DNA from: Callorhinchus milii
Taxonomy: Eukaryota
Direction: 5' to 3'
Assembly (NCBI RefSeq): GCF_018977255.1
Contig: NW_024704742.1
Span: 50,594,001 to 50,658,000, forward strand
Length of the DNA: 64,000 bases
This document shows positions 50,502 through 61,974 of this stretch, piece by piece (position 1 is the stretch's first letter; each line of letters starts with the position of its first letter). The notes below the pieces were generated by a model, which worked only from the letters and a program-made list of their open reading frames with translations, ran no database searches and was not told where the DNA came from. Both the position numbers and the translations under genes were made by a program.

Positions 50502-51155
50502 CAAAACTTCTCCACAATTTAAAATCTCAAGAGAATGTTGTTAGGGCTAAAACTGTGAGAAATGTATACATCTTTGCCTCTGAAGTCCAAAGGCAAGTCC
50601 ACACATGCACTGTTAAATCCTTTGAGATTAGCCTCAATCCCCAGCAAGTGAAAGATTACATAGAAGAGAGAAGGGAATAGAGGGTTACAGGGGAGGCTAG
50701 GGAGGGGGAATTAGGGTGGGGTTAGGGTAGAGCTCATGTGGAGTACAGACAATGTATGAACTAGTTGGATCAAATGACTTGTGTTGATGCTGTGGATTTT
50801 ATGTATATAATTTTGTGTATGTCAATTGTAAAACAATCACCCAATGCCAGGTTATAAACTTATTTTGCCAAGTTCACTGTCAGATGGACCACTGCCCAGC
50901 AGAACAAGCTCTTCAGGATCCAATACTTCACTTTTTAAGGTTTTCTTTTTCTCTGCCTTCTGATTAACTTATACTCCTTTCTACTCATTGTAAATAGTTG
51001 AAATTATAACATAGAGTCATTTGTATGATCGTGTAGTGAATAGATGAATTAAGTAGAATGAATCAAAAATAAAAACTGCCATATGGCGTGCAACACACAC
51101 AGAAACCCACAGTTCTAGTAAAAAAACACTGAGCTAGGCGGAGTACACTGGAATG

Positions 51156-52033
51156 TGACTTATGGGCAGGAGAGATAGGAACCTGGGATAATTGGACCAG
51201 GAGAATGGATGGAAGGCCATCTATCTGTGTGGGCAGGTATACAAAATCAGCAATTAAAAACTCAGAGAAAGCCTGAAGTCAGCAGGTTACATGGACAGAG
51301 TCAGAAAGGAGGACAATGCATTACTGAAACTTCAGGGCCATGGAGTCAGGTGGTCTGGTCGGGCTAGATAAGATGGAATAGGAGGAGTATTGTTCTTCTG
51401 CAGAAGATACCACTAGCTGGTACAAGGAGAAACAACTTGAAGATAGGGAAAGAATGCCTGGGAAAAGTGCAGGGTTTAGGAAAGAAGTCATGAGAAAAAG
51501 GAGTTAGAACACAGACGGTGGTGAAAAAGAGTATAAAAAACGTTAGCCAAAACTTAGAAGTTACGAGCCTCTGAGGAGAGGAAGGGGACAAAGCTCTACA
51601 GAGTGGACCACAAAGAGGACAAGTCCAGCTCTCGCCGGAGTGGAACACAAAGAGACAACATACCAAGACGAGCCAGAGACGTTGGCAGCCAGAAGCAAGC
51701 CAGAGACGGTGGTTACCTTCTGTGCCAGCCTTAGAACCTTCTCACAACTTCCTGCCTGCTCAGTAGTATCTCTCTTACTTAGTAAAACACGCACCCAACA
51801 TACATACAAAACAGTTAGATATTATTTAGACACATCTCATACATCACATAATGTTTTTCTTTTATGTTTAGAATTTTAGTATTGAGTGTATCTTGTTAAG
51901 ATAGTGCTTTAGTAGTCATTTAAGCACGATGAGTAATGATAATGCGTCGGGTGTAATGCGATGCTTATGCTTGTGCTTGCTTTATAATTGCTAATAAAAT
52001 GTTTTAATGATATCCTTGGTGTGATTTCTGACA
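51156..52033 (+). mobile_element. Possible solo LTR
   Basis: TG...CA ends with aatg on both flanks, TATAAAA at 51532, AATAAA at 51993; left boundary uncertain. Confidence 0.4.
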
Positions 52034-53246
52034 AATGCTTGAACCCAATTTCACACGGTCTATAACATTTTCCTCTAAAATTTTAACACATTGAAATCTC
52101 TTTCTTGCTTCCAGCTCCATCCATCTATTTTGGATGATGGGGAAATAATAATAGTCCTTGCATTTGATATAGCGCCTTATCGTGTCGTTGAGCCATCTCA
52201 AATGCTTCACAGAATATATTGTTAAGGGGACTGACTATTTTGTGGGCGAAACTCCGTGGTCAATTGAACACAACTTTTTTTTAAATAAAGAACTTTCTTG
52301 CTTACCACAAATGTTGTACTGGTCACAGGTTTGAATCTCAGACTCTACCAAATGATCATTACTGAGTGTAAGGTTTTACAGTGGTAGCAGTTGGGACTCT
52401 ATAAATGATCTCAACATTCCAGGATAAGGCAATAAAAAACCTACTGGCAAGTATGTGTATTTAGACAACAGCTCAAAACAGGATTGGGTTTGGCTGTGAC
52501 TGCTCCATGTTCTAATTTCCCTACTTGTGCACTGCGCAAGTCCACAGCTGATGGTCACTTGACCAGGTATTACAGGGCAATCTTGTGACCATACCCCAGT
52601 GGATGGAAAAACAAGTCAAAATTCAGGAGGGAGGGGAGAGAACAATCAAACATTCAATTCACTTTGCAGTATATTCTGTGAAGCTCTTTGAGACGTCTCG
52701 AAGACATGATAAGGCACTGTATCACATGCAAGGATTATTATATTATTACTTCTCATATCGAAACGTCTCAAAGAGCTTCACAAAAGTGACAAAAGATTTT
52801 TTTTAAATGTAAGAGTGAATCTGCAAAATATTACTGATTCAAATCGGACAAATCAAATCAGCCGCTCAGGAAGCCAGAAAAATGAGATTTGAGGGATTTC
52901 TTAATAAGAATCCCATGAGAATGTCCATAGTGACCCTCTACTCTATGAGCAGAATGGATCGGAGCAGAGTTCCCAGTGAATAGCATGGTGTTAGTGAAAA
53001 GACTCCAATTGGCCTAATATATTCATTATAAAATGCTTTTATTATTAAATGATTCACTATTGAATCCTGCAAAACAGACCACAAAAGTAACGTTATCTAG
53101 CGAATCATAATCTGTGAGTAATAAAGTGCGTGCCGGTCCCAGGAATAATTACAAAACGTAAGATGGACCTTTATTCTGTGGTTTTCCCGATAACACCCGC
53201 AAAATCCTTTTGCTTTAATATATTATTTTTCCTCCTTGCCCCTTAC

Positions 53247-53380
53247 CTTGCAAGAGTCCACTGTTCCACCTTCATATCCTGCACACAACATTCGAGAAGT
53301 GATGGTCTTTATGTCAAAGAGTGCCTGACAACGATCAAGTCCAATGATGCGGACTTCTCCTTCTTGAAGTTTGGCTGGAA
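53247..53380 (-). CDS. CORIN: CORIN exon: PAKLQEGEVRIIGLDRCQALFDIKTITSRMLCAGYEGGTVDSCK
   Basis: Acceptor ttttag, donor gtaagg; S1-pocket Asp in VDSC. Confidence 0.96.
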
Positions 53381-53482
53381 CTAAAAAACATTAAGAGAAA
53401 GTTATAAATTGATACCTTGTAGTAATATTAATCCTTCCATTTCCCACTGGATCTCTGCTATATCAAATGTAAGGATTATTGT

Positions 53483-53893
53483 GGAGTCCTGTAGCTCAGT
53501 GATTAGAGCACTCGCCTCGCAAACAACAGACCTGGTTCGATTCCCAGCAGGGCGAATACTCTAACCACTGAGCTACAGAATTTCTTGCAGGGCGAAATGT
53601 TGGGCAAGTTTTCTTACTCCACACGTCTCTGTTTACCTAGCAGTAAGTAGGAACCGGTTGTTAGTCGATTGGCGGATCGTTTTTCCAGGGATAATAATTC
53701 CTTCAAAAAAAATAATAAATTGGTCACTTCAATCCACGACTGTTTGTGGGACACTGCTGTTTGCAAGTGGCTGCCATGTTTTGCCCACAAAATATATAGT
53801 CAATTCACTTTACAGTATATTCTGTGAAGCGCTTTGAGACATCTCGAAGAGGTGGTAAGGCGCTGTATCAAATGCAAGGATTATTATATTATT
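53483..53893 (+). mobile_element. Full-length young SINE, long subtype, with an internal inverted copy of its head
   Basis: Complete head and tail; 53559-53578 is inverted relative to 53489-53508. Confidence 0.9.
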
Positions 53894-54418
53894 ACTTTTC
53901 ATGTCAAAACATCTCAAGCAGCTTCATAGGTTAAGTGGGCATTAAAGATCTGTAGTGCAATTTGAAAAGAGACGGGAATTTCTCTGTCCAATAGTCCTCT
54001 GGATAACATTGTTTTTTTTATGGCTGTTTGCGGGACAGTGCTTTGTCCAAATTGGCTGCCACCTTTGCCTATAATACTCAAGTGCGCTCATTTATAGACA
54101 TATCATGAAGCTCTTTTAGACATATAACATTATAGCCACTAAACCAAATGCAAAAATTGTTATTGTTGTGGATGTTAAAGATCCCATGGCACTATTGAAA
54201 AAAAATTCTCCTTTGTCCTGGCTCTATAAACTCTATAAATATATGGATGTTGGGGATCTTCACTGTGCACAATATAGCGTTACAATAGGCTACAGCCATT
54301 ACACATCACAGCATATCTTGTGAAGCGCTTTGATACATCTCGATGACGTGACAAGGCGCTATATCAAATGCAAGGATTATTATTATAAAATTAATTAGTT
54401 GTCCAAAGAGCTACTTAC

Positions 54419-54690
54419 ATCTGTTGCCCATGTTTCCCCATCCTGTGATGAAGCAGTAGGTATCTGGTTCTACCACTTGGTCCTTGCTGGGCAGGCAGAC
54501 AGGCCTGACATAACTGGTCTCTGTTACTTCTTCAATCAACTCCACCAAACTAATATCAAAATCGTCAACCTTCCTTTTATACCGTGGGTGCAAGATAATC
54601 CGCTTCACCTTCCGGACCTGTCTAAACTCTGATGGGTGATCCATGTTATTGATACCAAACACAATGTTCCAGATATCTGCATCCTCGCGG
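54419..54690 (-). CDS. CORIN: CORIN exon: REDADIWNIVFGINNMDHPS...VDDFDISLVEL...CFITGWGNMGNR
   Basis: Acceptor ttgcag, donor gtaagt; catalytic Asp; RPVCLP and TGWG motifs. Confidence 0.96.
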
Positions 54691-55584
54691 CTGCAAAAGA
54701 AGAAACCTCAATCCTGGGTTGGCTAGTTTCCAATGATATCCTGTAAATTCCCACAGTTACACTACTGACTACTGCGGCTTAACTTCTGATCTCCTCTACA
54801 TTCACATACATGTCACATATTCCCAGACATAGAATTACATGGAATGTTACGGCACAGAAACAGGCCATTGGGCCCAAAATAGACTGTGCTCTTGTAATAC
54901 TCTTATGTGAGCCTCCACCCTCTGGGACTCCTCTATTCCTGCTATACGATATCTTATATTTATGTGCCCTCATTTTGGACTCACCAACAATTGGAATTAG
55001 AATTAGCCTATTGATGTCCACCTTATCAAATCCTTTCAGAATTGTAAACACTTTTTAAATTTCATTTTAAACAGACAGTACTGTTAGCACATCAAAACTA
55101 TTTTGATGACAGCTACAAAATCTCACCAGAGAGTTTATAGAGGCTTCAAAAATGTCACTGCAGGCATCTCGATGACCTTTTCTAAAAACCAAAGGTGCTA
55201 TAGCCTGCTGACAGCGGTGGGCAGCAGCAAATTCTGTTCTAGCATTTATATGAAATGCTATTCGAAAAGAGCAGGCAGTTTCTTTCTCCTGGTGTCCTAG
55301 CCAGCAATCATCCAAATAAAATATATCCTGTGAGGTTTTTTTTGCAAATAATGGCCGTCTTGTTAGCTTCTCCTGACCTTTTCATACTCTGCAAACTTTC
55401 AATATTCACATTAGAATTAGTTATCATGACAGGGACACTTTTTTAAATCTTAAATTCAATTCCAAGATGTTACCATTGGAAGGGCTCTATGTAAATGTAG
55501 GCTCTGTTTGTAGAATTACTACAGAATTCCATTCTAGGAGATTAATTTGCAGTTTCAATCACATCTCACTCCTACACTTAATTT

Positions 55585-56208
55585 ACAACAACAAAATTAC
55601 ATTTGTAAAGCGCCTTTCACATCTGGAAGACGTCCCAAGGGGCTGGACAGACAGAGTTATGGACCCGAGCTAGGGGTCAGGGAGGATGGAGGGCAGTGGG
55701 GGAAAACAGGAAGATCGAAAGCACGGTCGATGAGGAGGATCTTGAGATAGGTCTTGAAGGAGGCAAGGGAGGGGGCAAGGAGGGAGGACTGCGGGATGGA
55801 GTTCCAGAAGGTGGGGGCAGAGTGGCAGAAGGCCTGCTTGCCAATGGTGGGGTGAGCCAGGTGGGGGACATGAAGCACACCAGAGCCCGCTGACCAGAGG
55901 GATCGAGCAGGATGGTAGGGAGTTAGGAGGTCATACTGGTAGGGGGGAGCAAGACCGTGGAGGGCTTTGAAGGTGAGGACAGGATCTTGAACTGTATCCT
56001 CTGTGTGATGGAAAGCCAGTGGAGTCTGGCGAGGATGGGTGTGATAGGGTCAGGGAGCCTAGTGCGGGAGAGGACACGGGCTGCAGAGTTCTGGATGATC
56101 TGCAGCCTGTGGAGGGAGGAGTTGGGGAGGCCGACAAGCAACGGGTTTGCATAGTCGAGCCTCGATGTAATGAAAGCACGTATGAGGGTTTCGGCGGCCA
56201 CCGGAGTG
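55585..56208 (-). mobile_element. LINE2 3' fragment abutting a CORIN splice donor
   Basis: AAETLIRAFITSRLDYANPLLVGLP...LHWL, followed by the tail. Confidence 0.9.
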
Positions 56209-56215
56209 AACTTAC

Positions 56216-56390
56216 TCTTCAAAACAATGTGCCACCGTCAAAACCCATTTACTCCCAATCAGCGCACAGCCACAAAGGTGCCCGCTGTGGTCCGCTTGCA
56301 GTGAGCAATGCCAAGGCCAGCGACCGAGACGGCTGTTTCGACCTCCCAGGATCCTCTTGTTGAGTCGGATTGCTGGGCGCAGACCACAGT
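56216..56390 (-). CDS. CORIN: CORIN exon: CGLRPAIRLNKR/ILGGRNSRLGRWPWHCSL...WVLTVAHCFE
   Basis: Acceptor ccacag, donor gtaagt; zymogen activation site and catalytic His. Confidence 0.96.
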
Positions 56391-57192
56391 CTGTGGAATA
56401 TAAAGCCATTAGATAGAAATTTACATCGCAATAGTTTCTCAGAATAATCTTTGAAGTTTTAGTTCCAGCTAACCTAAAACAATGCTTTCTTTCATTGTAC
56501 CTCTTTATGACCATGAGTTTTCATGTGATAAGTTGCTAATAAAAATGCAATTTTTTTCACACGTGATATGCTCACAGTTTCTTTCTTTCTCTCTCATCTT
56601 TTCCCCCATCCCCTTTTAGCTTCCCATATCTGCAGCATCCTCCAGCATGTATAAAATTAACAGTAATCCTTGCCTTTGATATGGCGCCTATTGTGTCAAA
56701 ACATCAGAAAACACTTCAGAGGGAATTGCTGTCAAGTGCTGTGACTGTGCATTTGACAGCCATTTTGTCCACCACAATGTCCTACTAACAGCCAAGAAGT
56801 AAATGCCCAATTTATCTGGAGCCCTGCTATCCAGGTCTGTTGCCAACAATCCTCCAGATCAATCGTTCACCTTAAGGCTGCCTACGGGATCTTGCTACCA
56901 CTTTTGACTACAAAATCACCTAACAGCAATGACTTGGGAAGCACATTGAGATCGTTTGATGCTAGAAAAATTCAAGTTCTTTCTGTCTGTTATAAATATT
57001 ACACTTTCTCCCCATTGTTAACAACCAGCAGGAACAATAAATCTACAAAGAGGTCTACTTAAATATTTTGCAGCAAAGTTCTTGTAATATTTACATTTGT
57101 GCACATTAATACATTCAGTTGAGTTTAAATTTCATCTAAACTACAGGTTGCTACAGCAGATATTCTACAGTAAAATGGCAGCTCTTACTTAC

Positions 57193-57242
57193 CTGCTCTA
57201 GTGCAGTGGAGCGATACCTTGCTTTTACTTTGACACAGCTCA
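57193..57242 (-). CDS. CORIN: CORIN 50-nt exon: ELCQSKSKVSLHCTRA
   Basis: Acceptor atatag, donor gtaagt; CxSxSKxSLxCT pattern; phases fit both neighbours. Confidence 0.88.
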
Positions 57243-57499
57243 CTATATCAGCAAAAGGAAAAAAAATGTGAATTTATTATTGGTGTCATCTGAAATATTC
57301 AACTCTTCAGCAGCTCTTTATTTTCATAGCTCAAGTATATTCTCTCCCATCTCCACACCAGCACAAGTCATGCTTTACACCACATACTAACACCTTCTTT
57401 GGTCAGCCAGGGGAGGGAACCCATTAACATGCTTAAAAATATTCATACTTCATACTTTGCTATAAATAGACATAACCAAATGATGTACTGGAATGGTAT

Positions 57500-57829
57500 T
57501 TAATAATAATAAATAATAATAATAATCCTTGCATTTAATATAGCGCTTTTCACGTCGGGAGGACGTCCCAAAGCGCTTCACAGAACACACTGCAAAGTGA
57601 ATTGACTGTATATTTGTGGGCGAACGCGGCAGCCAATTGCGCACAGCAATGTCCCACAAACAGTCGTAGATTGAAAATTACCAATTTATTATTGTTTTTG
57701 GTTTTGGAGGGATTATTATTCGGCGTGTGGAGTAAGGAAACTTGCCCAAGGTTTCGCCCTCTGCCTGGAATTGAACTCAGGTCTCTCGCTTGCAAAGCGA
57801 GTGCTCTAACCACTGAGCTACAGGACTCC
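57500..57829 (-). mobile_element. Full-length young SINE, short subtype
   Basis: Complete head ggagtcctgtagctcagtggttagagc and (att)n tail. Confidence 0.9.
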
Positions 57830-57964
57830 GTCAGACTCATAAAAATGACTGCATAGGAAGAGCTTTTTCAACCCATTGAACATAAGTTTGTATTCCTTAT
57901 CCATGGGATCGAATTGAAATAGAAGGGAAGGGAGAAAAATCGGAACTGTACAAAGTAGCCCTTA

Positions 57965-58495
57965 CTATTGCCATCACCTCCACGATCCCCTCCAGCCTCC
58001 ACCTATCCTTCCCTCCAGATCTTCGACCCCATTCTCTGCCTCTTCTCTCTCCTCCATCATTTCGCAAATGAAGCCCACCACTTGCTCCCTCGAGCCCCTC
58101 CCTACCCCTCTCCTTACCTCCCAGCTCCACCTCCTTGCCCCTCTACTCACAGACCTCATCAACCTCTCTTTGTCCATTGGCACAGTTCCCACCGCCTTAA
58201 CAACAGCCATCATCACCCCTATCCTCAAAAAACCTTCCCTTGACTGCCATCCCATCTTCAACCTCCCTTTCCTCTCCAAGGTACTGGAGTTCTCAGCTTC
58301 ACTGTTTCCTCTCCTGGCACTCCCTGCATGAACTCCTCCAATCTGGTTTCCATGCTGCTCACAGTACAGAAAGTGCCCAAGTCAAAGTCACAAAGACATT
58401 CTGTCCATTTGTGACCAGGGCTCTCTCTGTCTACTCATCCTTCTTAATCTCTCTGCTGCCTTTGAAACTGTCGATCAATCTACTCTTCTCGACCA
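57965..58495 (+). mobile_element. LINE2 internal ORF2 fragment
   Basis: MKPTTCSLEPLPT...INLSLSIGTVP...PILKKPSLD. Confidence 0.85.
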
Positions 58496-59874
58496 CTCAA
58501 AGGCGACTCTGCTTAAGCAGGAGTTACAATGGCTGCCATGGCGGATCTGAATGAGTGCTGCCTGGAACAAACTCACCCACACTCTCCAATGCTCAATAAA
58601 AATATATTTTTTTCTAATTGACTGTAATCTTATCTGAGATGAATGATTGTTGGAGGCTTCTCTTTTGTAAATACTGTATTCAATATGTCAGCAGCCACAT
58701 TATGAGCAAAGTGCGAAAAATACCTAACTTCTAGGTCATCAGGTCACTGCTGGAGTCACCTCCTGTTTTGTATATGCACTTCCTACACAAAGTAATGTCA
58801 GCCATTTATTAGTACAAGTATGCCAGCTAATCTGGCTCTGAGATGCTACCCTGTGTGAAGGGCTCTATATAAGTGCAAGTTGCTGTTGCTTTTCTAATCA
58901 GTCTCTGAAACCAGAGTTTAGGATGGGTCATAATTGGTTGCCCTTTAACTTTCTTGGGAGAGGAAATTTGAGCTCTATTAAACAGCTCTAGTTCACAGTC
59001 CTGCCTCACTACCATCATAATAATAATCCTTGCATTTGATATAGAACCTTTCACATTGGGAGAACGTCTCAAACATTTCAGGGGGTTTAATGTAAAGTGT
59101 AGTAACTGTATATTTTGTGCGCTAAAGCGGCAATCAATCTGCACAAAGAAATTTCCCACAAATAGCCATAAATGAGTGAATGAGTAATTTTATCTGGAGG
59201 ATTGTTGGCCAGGACACTTGAAGAAACTTATTTTCATCATAAGGGTCCAATGTATTGCCTTTACTGACACGAGCAAACTTTTTGTCCACATTGTAAAAGC
59301 AAGATGAACTTTTAACTTTTGCTTGTGAACAGCGTGAATTAGATCCCTATAAAGATCAAAGTGGTAGCTTTGGTGATGTGGAATAGCCCAAGTCGCATGT
59401 GATAGGGATGCAGCTTCTGAACTGTACTGGATAAGCTTCCTTCAGCAAGTTATAAATTCAACAGTTATCCAATAAATTGGAGCCACTGAGATCCCTTCTG
59501 TACTGTATTTTGCTGGTTGGATTGGCACTGAAATCCTGTTCAAAGACACTAACCTGTCTTTACCAGTAGGTGGCATCATTATATATCAATTTGCTCTTGG
59601 AAAACATCCAAACAAACTATACATAGAGCAATAAGACACAGAAATAGGTCATATGGCCCCAACATAGTATTCATGTTTCATTGGTCTGTGTACATTTGCA
59701 GATTTTAATTGACCAGTTAGTCATTTTAACTGACTAATTGTCAATCTACGTCTCTGTGAACAAATGTTCCTCATATTCAAGGATTGCCCTATTGGACAAG
59801 AAAATTCCCCAACTTTTTTCCAGCACCACCAAACTCTTCTGATTCCTCTCCCTTAATATCCTATAGTCAAGGAA

Positions 59875-60530
59875 TAGGAAGACTGGGGAGACATTTTATG
59901 GAACTGAGAAGGTTGAGGGGGGGATTTGATTGAAGTGTTCAGGATTATGAAAGGGTTCAACAAAATAAACAATGAGTAACTTTTTCCCTCGCTGGCTCAA
60001 TCGGTTGCGAGAGGACATGTCTTCAAAATTAGGGATGAATATCTTCTCACAGAGAGAATGTGGAATGAATCACCCCAGCAAGCCATCGATTAGAATCTGG
60101 TTGAGGGATTTAAGAAATATATGGATAATAATAATAATAATAATAATAATCCTTGCATTTGTTATAGAATATACTGTAAAGTGAATTGACTGTATATTTT
60201 GTGGCCGAAATGTGGCAGCCAATTGCGCACAGCAGTGTCCCACAAACAGTCGTGGATTGAGTGACCAAATCATTATTATTATTTTTTGAAGGAATTATTC
60301 CCCCCCCGGAAAAGCGATCCGCCAATTGACTAACAAGCAGGTTCTTATTTACTGCTAGGTAAACAGAGGCGTGTGCGTGGAGTAAGGAAACTTGCCCAAG
60401 GTTTCACCCTGCCGGGAATCAAACCCAGGTCTCCCACTTGCTTGGCAAGTGCTCGAATCACTGAGCTACAGGATACCTATAGATAGGTATTAAGTTGACA
60501 TATTAAAGGATGTGGTGAAAAGGTGGGGAG
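59875..60530 (+). mobile_element. CR1 3' fragment interrupted by a young SINE
   Basis: agaaggttgagggggggatttgattgaagtgttcaggattatgaaaggg is CR1 ORF2-type sequence. Confidence 0.7.
60127..60473 (-). mobile_element. Young SINE, long subtype
   Basis: Head, central block and (att)n tail. Confidence 0.88.
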
Positions 60531-61848
60531 TGGGGAGTGGGGAGGGGGAGAATGTTCATAGATTCATAGAATGTTACGGCACAGAAGGAGGCCATTCGGC
60601 CCATCGAGCAAGTCACTTTCGCTAACCCAATCACCAGCTTTCTCCCCATAACCCTGCAAACCCGTCTTCCCCAGATACCTATCCAGTTCTCTCTTAAAAG
60701 CTGAAGAGCTTTGGATGTATGTAGACTGTGCTGTGTTCTGTGGTGAGGTGGACTTGATAGCTGAATGGTTCCTGGTCCTAGTTTCCTATAATCTTTAACT
60801 GATTTTAAATACAGTACAGGTTCATGGACTTCTTTGTGTCCAAATTCAAGGTCATCTGCTTGGCCCCTTCAAATTCCTCCACCCCTCTTTTCCTGCAGCA
60901 GTCTATCCCATGACTGTTTGCTGAGCGCAAACTTGACTGCTGCATTTAACCCCTATCACTTTCCAGCATATCCTGCAAAGTCCTTTGGAACGTCCTCCTG
61001 ACGTGATTATTATTTATCAGCCGCATCTTTCACATGATGCCTGTTGTCTTGACTCCCACTCTCATCACTACAAACGAAACTTCAGATTAGCTAACATTTT
61101 CAAGCTTTTCCTAGCCCCTAGAACTCTATTTCCAGCTTTCAAAGCTGTTGTCATCAATTCCTTTCTCAAAAACCTCAATCCTTTCCCCTCTCAAATTAAC
61201 TCCCAATCTCAAATTTTCCCTGTATAAGATATTAAAAAGGTTGTTGCCACCCAGATTCATTCTCAACGCCCTTGCCATTCCCTCTTTAAAACCCTGCTAT
61301 TATAGAATCATCTTTATTGTATTTATATTATGTTTATATTATACAGGCTTTTCTGGTCAAAGTCACTAATAAGGTTCTGTGTCTCTGTGACTATAAGTTA
61401 ATGTTTCTCCTCATCCTCTCCACAGCCTTTGACCTGACTATCATTCCATTCTCCTCCAGCACTGTGGTATTGCTCTTTCTATCGCCCTACTTATCTGGCA
61501 CCTTCACTACACTTATCTTAAAGCATTCTCATCTTATACCCGCATTGTTCCAATTAAATTAAATAAACAACAGGCTCTGCGTTAGTAGATACTACTCATC
61601 ATGCAGAATTTCACCATCTCAGGTATGTTGCTACATTGCTCAAGCACAATCCGGGGGCAGGTATGGCGTAAAATTTGATATTTCCAGCTTGAAGTTTCTA
61701 TGAACCCCCAATGGTATTGACTTAGTTTTCTGGTATTGACATAGTTAAACAGCTACATAACATGTCTTAAGAATAAAGACTTTAGGAATCTTCTTCCATA
61801 CCACATTGCTTGGACCCCTCAGTGTATTTCCAGTCATTCATTGCTCAC

Positions 61849-61974
61849 CCTTTTCGTAATGAAGCCTGCACAGTTGAAACATTCTTATTCCGCCAATCAG
61901 GACTTAGGCGAAGCAACTTTCCCTGCTGCGACTGGTCGTATTCTGACAGAAGCTGAGTCACTGTCAGAGTACCT
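61849..61974 (-). CDS. CORIN: CORIN SRCR-domain exon: GTLTVTQLLSEYDQSQQGKLLRLSPDWRNKNVSTVQASLRKG
   Basis: Acceptor tggcag, donor gtgagc; 126 nt, phase 2/2; resembles the recalled human segment GEPSVTKL...NWESLNGTTLHELLVNG. Confidence 0.82.

Larger units (their letters stand above)
50159..61974 (-). other. CORIN: CORIN gene span, last six coding exons (end of SRCR domain plus trypsin-like protease domain); the rest lies beyond the window
   Basis: Six phase-consistent GT-AG exons. Activation site NKR/ILGG, triad motifs AHC, DISL and GDSGGP, and C-terminal [11 protein letters not shown] match the recalled corin sequence; adjacent to ATP10D. Confidence 0.93.

Noticed and set aside
58570..58680. 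Candidate CORIN exon ending at a gtgagt donor
   Set aside because: In-frame stop and no corin similarity; 61849-61974 fits phase and sequence.
59400..59540. Candidate CORIN exon after a tctttgaacag acceptor
   Set aside because: Stops in all three frames before any suitable donor.
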